Counted from the stretch's first letter, positions 9,711 to 20,532 are shown. The stretch is DNA of 64,000 bases from Dehalococcoidia bacterium (GCA_965249275.1 CBDFLQ010000005.1:576001-640000), one strand, 5' to 3'. A program made the numbers and translations. Notes: generated by a model not told the origin, from the letters alone.

Positions 9711-10868
9711 TCACTTTATAACCCTGAGTAGAAACTCTCTAAGCTCTTGCTCGTAGCGCGCGGAGTCTACGTTCCATGAGTTGGTGTGAGTGGCATTCGG
9801 ATAGACAGTGTATGTCACTAGATCAGGGCGGAGTTCAGCCAGCTTGTTGCTTGTCTCGATAGGCACGTAGGTATCTTTTTCTCCATGAATCAGCAGGATA
9901 GACACGTCGAGCCGGTCTGCATTCTTAAGGTAGTCCATGGCGTCCCAGTCCAAGCCGAACCGGAGCGTGGTAATCCATTTCCCCGCAGTTGTCACGAAAC
10001 CAGGCAGATGGCGTTTACGAGCTCCGCTGTCCACCGGCGCTTTGAAGTCCATCATGGGGGAGTCGATTACAACACCGGTAACCGAGCCGGATAACGGTGA
10101 TTTGTAAAGGAAATTCACGATTATGCTGCCGCCCATACTGTGGCCAATCAAGACAACGTTGCTGGCGCCCGACTGGGACAGGACGTACTCCACTGCAGCG
10201 TGGAGGTCTTGCCATTCGGTCAGGCCGAACTGGTAGAAGCCGCTTGGGTCCTGGGGTTGTCCTTTGTCGTTACGATAGGTGATGTATAAGGCCGGGAGGC
10301 CGAGGTCATGTAAGACAGGCAATGAGGGCAGGCCGTCTCCCGGAGTTCCGCGATGTCCGTGGACAAATATGGCCCATGTGTCGTGTACTCCTTCAACCCG
10401 CCATGCGTCCTGAGTTCCCAGCGGGGTCTCGTATTGAACCTTTTCGTACTCGATGCCAAATGCTAGGAAAGGATCGTTCGGGTAGATGCTGCCCGACACG
10501 AAGGCTGGGGTGGAGCTTGGTGGGTCTCCATCTCCAATCGTGAATTGCCGGAGCAGGAAGTGGCCTCCGTCCTCCACGATGTCTCCGATCATTCCGCTTC
10601 CGCCATCCCAGCTGACTCCCCACTTGCCGGGACGCCTCCAGGCCCCACGTTCAGGGCCGTTCTCTAGCCTTACCACGCCCTGACCAAAAGCGGAGGCTGT
10701 GAGGTTGTACTCCAGCTTGTATTCCCTGACCTCCAGCGCACGGTCTTTCAGCACACTGGAGAAATACCAGGCCGTACCGAAGTAGAAGACTGCGAGGAGG
10801 CATAGGACGGAGAGGAGCAGAATTAATATCAATTTACGGCGATTTCTCCGACGAGTCGGCAGATGCAA
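9711..10868 (-). CDS. Membrane-anchored/secreted alpha/beta hydrolase
   Basis: N-terminal TM, FVHG, GHSMGG nucleophile elbow, IHGEKD. Confidence 0.85.
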   Translation of the reverse strand: MHLPTRRRNRRKLILILLLSVLCLLAVFYFGTAWYFSSVLKDRALEVREYKLEYNLTASAFGQGVVRLENGPERGAWRRPGKWGVSWDGGSGMIGDIVEDGGHFLLRQFTIGDGDPPSSTPAFVSGSIYPNDPFLAFGIEYEKVQYETPLGTQDAWRVEGVHDTWAIFVHGHRGTPGDGLPSLPVLHDLGLPALYITYRNDKGQPQDPSGFYQFGLTEWQDLHAAVEYVLSQSGASNVVLIGHSMGGSIIVNFLYKSPLSGSVTGVVIDSPMMDFKAPVDSGARKRHLPGFVTTAGKWITTLRFGLDWDAMDYLKNADRLDVSILLIHGEKDTYVPIETSNKLAELRPDLVTYTVYPNATHTNSWNVDSARYEQELREFLLRVIK

Positions 10869-11040
10869 TCCGAGCCTATCTCCTCTGCTGATATATCAAG
10901 GACAACTCGATTGAACTATTGGATTACTCCATTGAGCACCAGGAGCATTGGAAACCCTAGACATAGTTAAGTCTTCTGCGGGCCGTTACACCCTAGTGTT
11001 TTAGCCAGTATGGAGCTTGAGATTACAGGTGTGGAGTTGG

Positions 11041-12681
11041 CTAGTGGAAGCGCGACATTCGACCTTCCATGTTCGTATGAATGTCCAGCAACACCGTGGC
11101 CCCGTCCGCGTTTAGCTGTTGAGCTTTCATAAGTGATGGGGCTACCTCTGAGGGGTCCGTGACGGTAATGCCTACCGCTCCCAGGCCCTCGGCTATTTTG
11201 GCGTAATCGCCGGTCATCTCGGTTGTGCCGAACAGTTCCCGTGCCGTTGGATAACCTCCCGGATAGGTAGCCATGCCGCCGTTGTTCAGGACAACGGTGG
11301 TGATTGGGGCGTTAGCTCGGACAGAGGTCTCGATGTCGAGACCGGACATACCGAAAGCGCCGTCCCCCATCAGGTTGAGACAGAATTTGTCGGGGTTCGC
11401 GAGTTTGGCGCCAATCATCAACGGGATGCCGTAGCCGAGGTGGGTACTCTTACCCCAACCTATGTAGCTGTGTGGGACGGTTGCTGTGTAAAAGGGCATG
11501 ATCGAGTCCCGGGGGGCGCCTGCGTCATGGGTGACTATGCTGTTCTCTCTGTCCAGGGTCCTGTCCAGCTCACCGATTACCCTGTAGGTGTTGATGGGCA
11601 CTTCGTCGGATTCCAATAACGGCTTCCACTCGGCGAGCCAATGCTCTCTGAGCTCAGCTATTGCAGTGCTAACTTGATTATGGCCGTTGCGTCCACCCTC
11701 GCCGATTATCCCCTTCACCTCCTCAATCATCATCTGCAAGGTGAGTTTAGCGTCTCCGGGAAGGCCAACGGTGACCGAATAGTCCTTGTTGATGTCGTCA
11801 ATGCCTTCGACGTTATGGATGATGGTCTTTCCTTCGGGAATGGGCTGGCCATAGGGGGTCCTGGTCATACTTGAGCCGACGGCGAAGAGGACGTCGGACT
11901 CTTGTAACCATCGCCGGGCGGGCAAGGTAGTTGCTCCGCTGCCCGAGCCGAGAGAAAGAGGATGGCGCTCATCAAAGGAGGACTTGCCGGGCATGGTGCA
12001 GTACACCGGGATTTGAGTGAGATCGGCCAGCTTTTTCAGTTCCTTGGTCGCATCCGCAAGCAGTACTCCCATACCGGACCATATGACTGGCTTTTTGGCG
12101 TCCAAGAGCAGTCTGACAGCATCCTTGACATCGTTGGTTGAAGGTCGTTGAAGTGACCTGCGGGGCGGTTGATAGCCAGGCATCCCATCCGGGACCTCCT
12201 GGGCACCGATATCCTCGGAGATTTCGACAATCACCGGACCGGGAGGTCCGTTACGGAGGGCATGAAACGCACGGCGCATTACGTCGGAAACCTGATCCGG
12301 TTGAGTGATGACTTCGCCACGTTTGGAGACGCTCTGGTAAGAGCGAACGGGCGAGAATTCGGGTCGGACGGCGTACCGGGCCAAGGCTGGGCCTGCAGGA
12401 AGGTACAGGATGGGAACGTTGTCGGCGTAGGCCTGGGCAATACCGCCCATGGAGTTCTCCGAACCGGGACCTCCCTGGGTAATGACTACCCCGAATTTCT
12501 TCCGGTCATTTACGCGGCTGAACCCATCGGCGGCCATGATTGCACCGCGCTCCTGTCGGAACATGATGGTGCGAATGCCTTCTTTGGCAACCAATTCGAT
12601 GAGTTGGTTGGAGGGGAAACATGAAACCCACTCTACGCCTTCCATTTTCAGGACTGCAGCGACGGTCTCAATCACGTTCAT
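11041..12681 (-). CDS. Thiamine pyrophosphate-requiring enzyme (acetolactate synthase-like fold)
   Basis: RQE..A..AADGFSR, GPGSEN, GDGAFGM...VLNN ThDP motif. Confidence 0.88.
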   Translation of the reverse strand: MNVIETVAAVLKMEGVEWVSCFPSNQLIELVAKEGIRTIMFRQERGAIMAADGFSRVNDRKKFGVVITQGGPGSENSMGGIAQAYADNVPILYLPAGPALARYAVRPEFSPVRSYQSVSKRGEVITQPDQVSDVMRRAFHALRNGPPGPVIVEISEDIGAQEVPDGMPGYQPPRRSLQRPSTNDVKDAVRLLLDAKKPVIWSGMGVLLADATKELKKLADLTQIPVYCTMPGKSSFDERHPLSLGSGSGATTLPARRWLQESDVLFAVGSSMTRTPYGQPIPEGKTIIHNVEGIDDINKDYSVTVGLPGDAKLTLQMMIEEVKGIIGEGGRNGHNQVSTAIAELREHWLAEWKPLLESDEVPINTYRVIGELDRTLDRENSIVTHDAGAPRDSIMPFYTATVPHSYIGWGKSTHLGYGIPLMIGAKLANPDKFCLNLMGDGAFGMSGLDIETSVRANAPITTVVLNNGGMATYPGGYPTARELFGTTEMTGDYAKIAEGLGAVGITVTDPSEVAPSLMKAQQLNADGATVLLDIHTNMEGRMSRFH

Positions 12682-12766
12682 GACTTTCCTCCTTCAGGGT
12701 CCAAAAACCCTTCCTGAGGGGGCCAGGCCCAGACGGGTCCCAGTGATCGGGCGTGTATGTGATCGA

Positions 12767-13783
12767 CTACGGTGTGGGCTGCCACTTCCGAAGTCCCGAG
12801 CCGTCCAGCACCGACGGATTGACACAGGACAGGGGCCAGCGGCCGCCCAACACCAGTGCGATCTCCCGTCCTACCCGACGCCTGGACCCTACCTCAAATC
12901 TGGATGAAGCCGACGCCACGTGGGCAGTAAGTGTGACGTTCTCCATGCCGAGCAAGGGGTTGTCAGGGGCAGGCGGTTCCTTTTCCAGGACGTCCAGCGC
13001 TGCGTGAGCTATCCATCCTTCGTCCAGGGCCCGTATCATGGCTGCTTCGTCCACGGTCGCGCCCCTGCCGGTATTCACGAAGATTGCCTGTGGCTTCATC
13101 AGCCTGAATTGCTCCTCGCCGACCAACCGGGTCGTGCCACCGGTCCCGGGCAGGTGGTTTGAGATGATATCCGATTTTTGCAACAACTCTGTCAAGCTGA
13201 CCGGCTCCGCGCCATGTTGGAGTATCGTAGTCTCCTTTACGAATGGATCGTAGGCGAGGATGCGGAGGCCAAACGGCTTCATCAATGGCACAACGGCCCT
13301 GGGTATGTTCCCAAAGGAGATCAAGCCCAGGGTCTGCCCGTATAGCCGGGGCAACTGATATAAGGTCGGGCGTCCCTCAGGCCAACGGTGCTCCCGGACC
13401 ATTTTGTCCACGAGCAGCAGCCGGCGGTAAGCTGCCAAGATTAGCACTGCCGTGTGCTCGGCAACCTCCTGGATGAAGGTGTCGGGGCAGTTGGTTACCG
13501 GGATACCCCTGGCCGTGGCCGCCCGAACGTCGACTATGTCGGTGCCCACGCTACCGAGAGCGATGATTTTGCATTTCTCCAGTCGATTAATCACCTTTTC
13601 CGTAACGGGCATACCCCTGACTATGAGGGCGTCGGCGTCTTTGGCAGTTTCCAGGAACTCTTTGTCTGACACAGCGTTAGCTTCCATAAGCTGGACATCA
13701 ACGCCCTGCAGCCCCTCCATCTCGAATGTGAAGTCGGCAGTAAGGTTGGGACGTCCCTGCGCCACGATCTTGTACTTCGCCAC
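12767..13783 (-). CDS. D-isomer-specific 2-hydroxyacid dehydrogenase (CtBP-like)
   Basis: GIPVTNCPD, FGNI, VNTGRG, AALDVLEKEP, TAHVA. Confidence 0.9.
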   Translation of the reverse strand: MAKYKIVAQGRPNLTADFTFEMEGLQGVDVQLMEANAVSDKEFLETAKDADALIVRGMPVTEKVINRLEKCKIIALGSVGTDIVDVRAATARGIPVTNCPDTFIQEVAEHTAVLILAAYRRLLLVDKMVREHRWPEGRPTLYQLPRLYGQTLGLISFGNIPRAVVPLMKPFGLRILAYDPFVKETTILQHGAEPVSLTELLQKSDIISNHLPGTGGTTRLVGEEQFRLMKPQAIFVNTGRGATVDEAAMIRALDEGWIAHAALDVLEKEPPAPDNPLLGMENVTLTAHVASASSRFEVGSRRRVGREIALVLGGRWPLSCVNPSVLDGSGLRKWQPTP

Positions 13784-14098
13784 TTTGACCCCCTGAGAAT
13801 CGTTTTATGGTTGCTGTTGTCGGCCCGTGGATCGGGGCCGACCCTAGCTTATGGCAAGGTGCAGAACGTGTCCAGGGAACCGAAACGATGACTGCGCTCT
13901 ATCGTTCTACGATGTACATTTTTTATACCGGCACTGGTCAATGCATGGCTGCATGCATCGTGCCAGGGGAAAGGATGAAGGGATTACAGAGCGCGTGATG
14001 CCCGGATTTTTGTGGGGTCGCTAATCTGTGATAACATCGCTGTATTCCTGAGCGCTTCGTAACTTACCTGTTAGCCGAGTTAGAAAGGGAGCAACGCC

Positions 14099-15817
14099 AT
14101 GTCCGAATACGACCTGGTTATCCGTGGCGGCACTATTGTGGACGGGACGGGTGTTCCCCGATACGGGGCTGATTTGGCGGTCAAGAACGGAAGAGTGGCC
14201 AAAATAAGCGGCAGGATCAGCGCCGGAGGCGCGAAGGAGATCGACGCCCGGGACTGCATTGTGGCGCCCGGAGCCATCGACATGCACACCCATTATGATG
14301 CTCAGCTTAACTGGGACCCCTATGCATCGCTGTCGGGCTGGTTCGGGGTGACCTCCCTGACCATTGGCGAATGCGGCTTTGGCTTCGCTCCGACCAGGCC
14401 CGAGGACAGGGACCTGAACATGCGGATGATGAACCGCATCGAGGCCATTCCACTGGAGTCGATGCGGTTAGGTCTTCGCTGGGACTGGGAAACCTTCCCG
14501 GAATATATGGACAGTCTGGACCGCCAGGGACTGGGCGTTAACGTGGGCCCAGTGTTCCCATTCTCACCCATGCGCGGTTACGTACTTGGCATGCTGCCCG
14601 CCAGGGAGAGGACTTCGGTGACGGATGCAGAGCTAAACCAGATGAAGCAGATGTTCCACGAGGCTATGGAGGCCGGAGCTTTCGGGTTCTCCTTCAACAA
14701 GAACTACGAAGACCGTCCGGAGGACGGCGGTTCCCTTCCCAGCCACGTGGCATCCGAGGAAGAATTCCTTGCTCTGTCGGAAGTTCTAGGGGAATTCGGG
14801 GTGGGCCACATGGGGCTGACACTGGGCTTGGGCCTCAACCAGGAGGAGCGCGGCTCGGTCCTCGACCTTACCGCCGATATGATGAGGGTGAGCGGCCGTC
14901 CCTTCAGCTTGCTGAATGCTAATGATGACGGGGCGGATTGGGTGGACGCATGTCGCCGCGAGGGGCTCCCTCTGATAATGCAGCAGACGAGTACCGCCCC
15001 TGCGATGGAGTTTAAGCTGGCGGAATTCAACCTGTACGACTTCATGCCCAACTGGATTCAGCCCCTGGTGGGTGACGTAGAGGAGCGGTCTGTAAAGCTG
15101 AAGGACCCTGAGACACGGTCGGCCATGAGGCAAGACATAGAAGACGCGAAACGCTCGGAGTCCGCTTCATCACCGGCCTATCGCATGACCGACTGGGGCA
15201 GGATGAGGGTGTTGCAGGTGTTCCAGGAGCGGAACGAGCAGTACGAAGGAATGACAGTTGAAGAGGTGGCCAAGCTTCAGGGGAAACACCCGTTGGACGC
15301 CTTCCTGGACCTGGCTTTAGACGAGGAACTCCAGACTGAGTATATTCTTCCTCCGGAGGATACCCCTGAGGAAGTGAAGGCGCGGAAGCCAGCGCTCCTC
15401 GATCCTCACTCCCACATCTCCGTCTCCGATGGCGGCGCGCACACCAAGTTCAACACTCACAGTACGTGGCCTATATATTGGCTGAGTCTCTGGATCCGGG
15501 ACAGAGAGATCATGACGCTAGAGCAGGCCCACTACAAGATGAGTGCGCTGCCGGCCTGGATAACCGATTTCAAGGACCGGGGCACTCTCCGGGTAGGGAA
15601 CTGGGCGGACGTAATTGTCTACAATCTCGATGAGCTTGGTTTCGTATACGACAAGCCCATCTTCGCCAACGACTTTCCAGGTGGGGAACGCCGCTTAGTC
15701 CAAAAACCTACGGGGCTTCGCTATACGATAGTCAACGGCACGGTCACCTTCGAGGATAGCGAATGCACCGGAGCGCTGCCGGGCAAACTGCTCCGCAGCT
15801 ACGACATGGTCGGCTAA
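14099..15817 (+). CDS. N-acyl-D-amino-acid deacylase family amidohydrolase
   Basis: YDLVIRGGTIVDGTG, PGAIDMHTHYD, SDGGAH, RGTLRVG..AD. Confidence 0.88.
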   Translation: MSEYDLVIRGGTIVDGTGVPRYGADLAVKNGRVAKISGRISAGGAKEIDARDCIVAPGAIDMHTHYDAQLNWDPYASLSGWFGVTSLTIGECGFGFAPTRPEDRDLNMRMMNRIEAIPLESMRLGLRWDWETFPEYMDSLDRQGLGVNVGPVFPFSPMRGYVLGMLPARERTSVTDAELNQMKQMFHEAMEAGAFGFSFNKNYEDRPEDGGSLPSHVASEEEFLALSEVLGEFGVGHMGLTLGLGLNQEERGSVLDLTADMMRVSGRPFSLLNANDDGADWVDACRREGLPLIMQQTSTAPAMEFKLAEFNLYDFMPNWIQPLVGDVEERSVKLKDPETRSAMRQDIEDAKRSESASSPAYRMTDWGRMRVLQVFQERNEQYEGMTVEEVAKLQGKHPLDAFLDLALDEELQTEYILPPEDTPEEVKARKPALLDPHSHISVSDGGAHTKFNTHSTWPIYWLSLWIRDREIMTLEQAHYKMSALPAWITDFKDRGTLRVGNWADVIVYNLDELGFVYDKPIFANDFPGGERRLVQKPTGLRYTIVNGTVTFEDSECTGALPGKLLRSYDMVG

Positions 15818-15923
15818 ACAACGACTAGGTTCCGGGCGAAGCACTCGGCCTCTACGGGCGACGCCGTAGTAGTCTACAGAATACAATGCCTACTACGCGG
15901 GGCATGGTGGCTTGGCCGAATCT

Positions 15924-16958
15924 CTACCCCGGGACTTTGACCAGCTTCTGCATGGAGCGGAGTTCACGCGGCGGGTCCATAACGCTGCCGTAGTCGCTCC
16001 AGGAGACCTCAGCGACATAGATATCGCCCTTCGAATCTACTGCAATGCCGTGGGGAGCATAGAATCGGCCGGTCTGCGATCCGTAGCTTTCCCGCCCTAT
16101 TCTGGCCAAGACCTCGCCCCTGGTGTTCATCACTGTAATGCGGGGGCCTAGATCGGTGCCTATGTCATTGGACCCGATCCCGCAGAAATATTCGCCAATA
16201 TAGACCAGTTCCTCTCCGGATCGGTCATCTATGTAGATCGCAGCGGCCCGGGAGAGGTTGACCCACTGGGTTTCGTACTTACCCTCTGAGCTAAATGCCT
16301 GAATCCGGTGGTTCTCGCGATCAGCGACGTATACCCATCCATCGCTGTCGACCGCCAGGTTGTGGACTATGTTGAACTGCCCCTCGGCGGTACCTGATTC
16401 GCCCCAGGAAAAGAGGAGCTGTCCATCGGGGGCGTATTTGTGCACCCGTGCGTTGGAGTAGCCATCAGCAACGTAGAAATCGCCGGTCCTCTTGTCGAAA
16501 GCCACGTGAGCGGGTTTAGAGAAGGGTATGCCACTCATCTTGGGACTAGGGCAGTTTGGGGTGCCGAGGGTCATAAGCAGCTTGCCTTCGGGGGTGAGTT
16601 GTCGGACTGTGCTGTCCCCGTTATCGACGCAAAAGACCGTGTCATCGGGGGCGATGGTAACCCCGTGGGGGTTGCTGAATAAGCCCTCGCCCCACGTTCT
16701 CAAAACGTTTCCTTCGGAATCGAATACGATCATGGGACACGTGCCACGGTTGAATACGTAGACGTGGTCCTTGGAATCAACGTCGACTGAGGTGCCTTCC
16801 TTGTATGTCCATCCGTCGGGGAGGTTGCCCCAGTCTTTGCCGGAAACGCTGTACGTGAAGCGGTTTTCTCCCAGGATTACGGGACCGGAGACTTGGCCCT
16901 TGTCTGAATGGGCTTCCGCTCTAATCCCATATTCCCAATCTTGCTGTTGATCTGCCAT
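15924..16958 (-). CDS. NHL-repeat protein, peptidyl-alpha-hydroxyglycine amidating lyase-like
   Basis: Repeated PHG/HN-x-A-VD...YVAD units; YVADGYSNARVHK, VADRENHRIQ. Confidence 0.85.
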   Translation of the reverse strand: MADQQQDWEYGIRAEAHSDKGQVSGPVILGENRFTYSVSGKDWGNLPDGWTYKEGTSVDVDSKDHVYVFNRGTCPMIVFDSEGNVLRTWGEGLFSNPHGVTIAPDDTVFCVDNGDSTVRQLTPEGKLLMTLGTPNCPSPKMSGIPFSKPAHVAFDKRTGDFYVADGYSNARVHKYAPDGQLLFSWGESGTAEGQFNIVHNLAVDSDGWVYVADRENHRIQAFSSEGKYETQWVNLSRAAAIYIDDRSGEELVYIGEYFCGIGSNDIGTDLGPRITVMNTRGEVLARIGRESYGSQTGRFYAPHGIAVDSKGDIYVAEVSWSDYGSVMDPPRELRSMQKLVKVPG

Positions 16959-17386
16959 TTCCTCCTCTTTTCCGGTAGTTTCCTGCCCTGTTAACCGTGA
17001 TTATCGATTTATGCAATCGTAGAAGACGGCTTCGCATATGTGTCGCCCGCATCCCTAAAATACATGGGGGTGACAATCATTTGAAGCTCTCCATGGAAGG
17101 CTATTGCCGACATTGTGCCCATTGTTCAAATTTCAATTCGCCCCATATATAGGTTGATCTAGTCCCTTCTGTTTCTTAGGGTGGCGCAGACACTACAATC
17201 CATATATAGTACCAGCTCGAACAGGCAAGATTGCCGGATCAAAGGAAGCCCGTAATAAGCCTATAACCCACGGCAAACCCGGCATTAGAGTAGGTCCGTG
17301 GAATAGCGACACGAATAGCTGGACCGTACGGAGGATTTGAATTGTTTTACGCCCATAGAGTGAAGCGGATTGCGACAGCAAAGGGG

Positions 17387-18763
17387 ATGGTATTCAGCAT
17401 CCTGTCCCTTCTATTAGTAGCCATGCTTGTCGTGGTCGCTTGTGGAGAGGCCGCCACCGCAACTCCGGAGCCCGACACCACCACCGAAGAACCCCAACCG
17501 ACCGCCGCCCCTCAACCCACCGCCGCCCCCCAGCCCACGGCCACAGCGGTCTCCGGGCAGGTGGTGACTGCAACGGAAGAGCCGACCGAACCGGAGCCGA
17601 CCGAACCTGAGCCGGAACCGGAGCCGAAGCCGGTATCGACGTTGAGGCCAAGGGATGAATGGACGGTGGAAAACCCCGCAACTCTGGCCGAAATAGAAGC
17701 AGAATTGGAGAAGTACCGGGGCGAGAGCATCATTGTCCTCGGGCCGGGAGGCGCCTACACGGCCGCAGCGAGACAGGCCTACTTCATTCCTTTGTTGGAA
17801 CAATTCGGCATCGAAGTGATCGAGGATACCCCCACCCCGAATCAGGCTAAATGGGTAGCCGCTGCGGAAACGGGCAATATAGAGTGGGACGTGTCTACCC
17901 TCGGCGTTGCGGACGCCACGGCTGTCCTCAAGACCGACAGCCTGGATGAGCTGGACTTGAGTGTGGTCGACACCCGGGACCTGCTGGACCCCATCAAGGA
18001 ACTCTCTCCCTACATGGGCGGCGGAGACGTTACCTGGTCCATCGTCATGGCCTACAACACCGATGTATATCCCGAGGGCACAGGCCCCGAGTCGTGGGCA
18101 GACTTCTACGATCTGGAGAAATTCCCCGGCCGCCGGGCCCTCCGCCACGCCGTGGCGTGGGGAGGACACATCCAGTTCATGAGGCTGGCCCGTGAACCCG
18201 AGCTGCTGAATTCGCCGGAGGGCAAACAGGCTGCTAACACGCCAAGCCGAGAGCAGATGGAAGAAGACTTCCAGTGGTTTGCCGATTGGACAGACGAAGC
18301 GGCCGGCGACATTATCTACTGGTCAAGCGGATCACAATGCCCCGAGCTGCTCATAAGCGGGGAAGTGGAAATGTGCAGCGCCTATAACGGTCGAATCTTC
18401 GATGCGGCCAAGGAAGGCGCACCCATACGGGTTTGCTGGGAATGCGGCCACATCATCAACTTGAGTGGATTCGCCCTGGTCAACGGCATGAAAGAGCTGC
18501 ATCCCGAAAGGTACGAGCTGGCCAACCTGTTCATCGCCTGGATAACCTTCCCCGAAATTAATGCAGAACTATCCAAGTACATCTCATACGGGCCGGTCAA
18601 CCGGAAGGCCATTCCGTTGTTGGACGCCCCCGAATTTGACGAGGTACGGGACCATCTGCCCACTTCCGGGGCTAATGCTCCCTTCGGGATCATGCTGGAT
18701 GAGGTCTACCTGGGAGAGAACCTGGCCTGGGCTGAGGAGCAGTACATCCTGGCAACCCAGTAG
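17387..18763 (+). CDS. Lipoprotein substrate-binding protein, polyamine/PotD-like family
   Basis: Lipobox VVAC, Pro/Thr linker, GGAY..A, WDV, YNT, FPGRRAL, YNGRI, ISYGPVN. Confidence 0.85.
   Translation: MVFSILSLLLVAMLVVVACGEAATATPEPDTTTEEPQPTAAPQPTAAPQPTATAVSGQVVTATEEPTEPEPTEPEPEPEPKPVSTLRPRDEWTVENPATLAEIEAELEKYRGESIIVLGPGGAYTAAARQAYFIPLLEQFGIEVIEDTPTPNQAKWVAAAETGNIEWDVSTLGVADATAVLKTDSLDELDLSVVDTRDLLDPIKELSPYMGGGDVTWSIVMAYNTDVYPEGTGPESWADFYDLEKFPGRRALRHAVAWGGHIQFMRLAREPELLNSPEGKQAANTPSREQMEEDFQWFADWTDEAAGDIIYWSSGSQCPELLISGEVEMCSAYNGRIFDAAKEGAPIRVCWECGHIINLSGFALVNGMKELHPERYELANLFIAWITFPEINAELSKYISYGPVNRKAIPLLDAPEFDEVRDHLPTSGANAPFGIMLDEVYLGENLAWAEEQYILATQ
17492..17631 (+). repeat. Coding tandem repeats (PQPTAA x3; EPTEP/EP runs) in lipoprotein linker
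   Basis: 18-bp unit repeated three times, then low-complexity EP codons. Confidence 0.8.
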
Positions 18764-18832
18764 GGCGCCGGGAGTTTAGGCAACCCGCTTTCTGACAGCC
18801 TTTGGCTTTTGGATGAGCAGCTAGCAAATTAG

Positions 18833-18868
18833 GGGGCGGTGGCACGGGCTAACCCGTGTCACCGCCCC
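18833..18868. terminator. Hairpin between convergent genes
   Basis: ggggcggtggcacggg-ctaa-cccgtgtcaccgcccc. Confidence 0.7.
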
Positions 18869-18924
18869 TCTCCCGTTCAACTATTGCTAAGCTCTTGAGC
18901 AGGTCTACTTTCCCATCTCAGCCG

Positions 18925-19266
18925 CTATTGGTCCTTGAGTGGAATAGTAGCCGCGACGCACGCCTCGTCGCCGTACACCCCCGTCGTATGCCCCTGTCCC
19001 GTGATGTCTTCCACCAATCGGGCGTCGCCGGGCCCGAATACGTGCTTGCTCCCGTCGCCCAACCCAATCTCCAGCCGCCCCGAGAGTATGATCACGAATT
19101 GGCGTCTCGGCGCAGGATGCCAGTCCAGGTAGTTGCCTGCAGGCTGTTCCTGGAAGCTAATCTGTGTACTGTCCACACCCTGTGTCCAGGCAGGAGTCTC
19201 CGCCAGGCTTATAGTCTCGATGTGGGACTGGCCATCTTCCCCGGTATATAGTCGAAAGGTTCCCAT
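18925..19266 (-). CDS. Small cupin-like protein
   Basis: RLYTGEDGQSH, DWHPAPRRQFVI.LSG, GPGD..LVED.TG.GH. Confidence 0.8.
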   Translation of the reverse strand: MGTFRLYTGEDGQSHIETISLAETPAWTQGVDSTQISFQEQPAGNYLDWHPAPRRQFVIILSGRLEIGLGDGSKHVFGPGDARLVEDITGQGHTTGVYGDEACVAATIPLKDQ

Positions 19267-19596
19267 TGTTAACTCCTAGTCCTTCTCTGGCTCCGTGGGC
19301 GGGTCTCGGGTCTTCTCTAGGATGTCTGCAGCCTCGTGGGCGCTATCTTCTCATATTTGTTAGGGCCCAACGAGATTTGGAAGTGAAGTTATGCCAACAT
19401 GGGGTGTACCGTAGGAGGAAGACGGGGTCGGGCTTCCTCTCTCCGTCCATGCAGGCGAAGATGGGCTCTGCGGGGGGCACGAGTGCCTCTAGCGCAGGAT
19501 CGCGGAAACACCGGCTCGCTTCCCAGATTCCTAGCGGCCATCCGGAACCAAGGTGCAGACCGATCGATATAGTAATGATTAAGCGGTATTGCTGAC

Positions 19597-20532
19597 ATGA
19601 AATTCGGGGTAATGCATTCTGACACCTTTGACGCGGTCAAGGCTGTTGACATGGCCGTTCGGGCCGAGGGGCTGGGATACGACTCTTTTTGGACTACCGA
19701 TTTCGTCCTCGGCCCCCATCCCGACCCAATGGCGCTCCTGGCGGCGGCGTCTCAGAGAACGGAGCGCATTCTGTTGGCTACGGCGGTGTTGGTGCTCCCA
19801 TACCGGCACCCTGTTGCCCTCGCCAAGACCGTCGCCACCATAGACGTCCTGTCGAAAGGGAGATTGGTGCTGGGGCTTGGAGTTGGGAGCAATAAGAAAG
19901 AGTTCGATGCCATGGGTCTGGATATCCACCAACGAGGGAAGATGGCGGATGAAAAGCTGGCGTTGCTGCGGCGGCTTCTATCGGAGGAAGGGGTCACCCA
20001 CCGCGGCAAGTTTCATGAGGTGGAGGGCGTGGACGTCGGGCCGGAGCCCGTGCAGCGGCCTCACCCTCCGATTTGGCTGGGGCCGCTGTGGAAAAACGGA
20101 CTAGTTGAGGCGACGGTCAGAAGGACGGGAAGGCTCGGGGACGGGTTCATACCATCCTCGGTGCCGGTCTCTCGATACGCAGCCGAGCGGGAGAAAGTGC
20201 GCGCTTACGCAGAGCAGGCCGGTCGGGACCCGGACGCCATAGAGTTTGGGACGGTGCTCTGGTTCTGCCTGGACGATGACCGGGAGCGGGCGTGGAAGAT
20301 TCTGGAAATGGAGTCGGACCGCTGGAGGATCGATAGGCCGACGATTCGGGGGCAGGCGAATGTCTCAGGGCATGAAGAGGACTGCGTAGCTGCGATACAG
20401 GAATACGTGGATGCCGGGGTTACGCACTTTGTGATGTATGCGGCAGTCCCATCCTCCCAGACCATGCAGCAGTACGAGCAGTTCGCACGTGAAGTCCTGC
20501 CGTTGGTAACGGGTATAACTCCAACAAAATAA
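19597..20532 (+). CDS. LLM-class (luciferase-like) flavin/F420-dependent oxidoreductase
   Basis: AEGLGYDSFW, LPYRHPVALAK, LS.GRLVLGLGVG, P.QRPHPPIW. Confidence 0.9.
   Translation: MKFGVMHSDTFDAVKAVDMAVRAEGLGYDSFWTTDFVLGPHPDPMALLAAASQRTERILLATAVLVLPYRHPVALAKTVATIDVLSKGRLVLGLGVGSNKKEFDAMGLDIHQRGKMADEKLALLRRLLSEEGVTHRGKFHEVEGVDVGPEPVQRPHPPIWLGPLWKNGLVEATVRRTGRLGDGFIPSSVPVSRYAAEREKVRAYAEQAGRDPDAIEFGTVLWFCLDDDRERAWKILEMESDRWRIDRPTIRGQANVSGHEEDCVAAIQEYVDAGVTHFVMYAAVPSSQTMQQYEQFAREVLPLVTGITPTK

Noticed and set aside
19267-19596. Short ORFs or gene remnant between cupin and LLM
   Set aside because: No frame gives a convincing protein family or start signal
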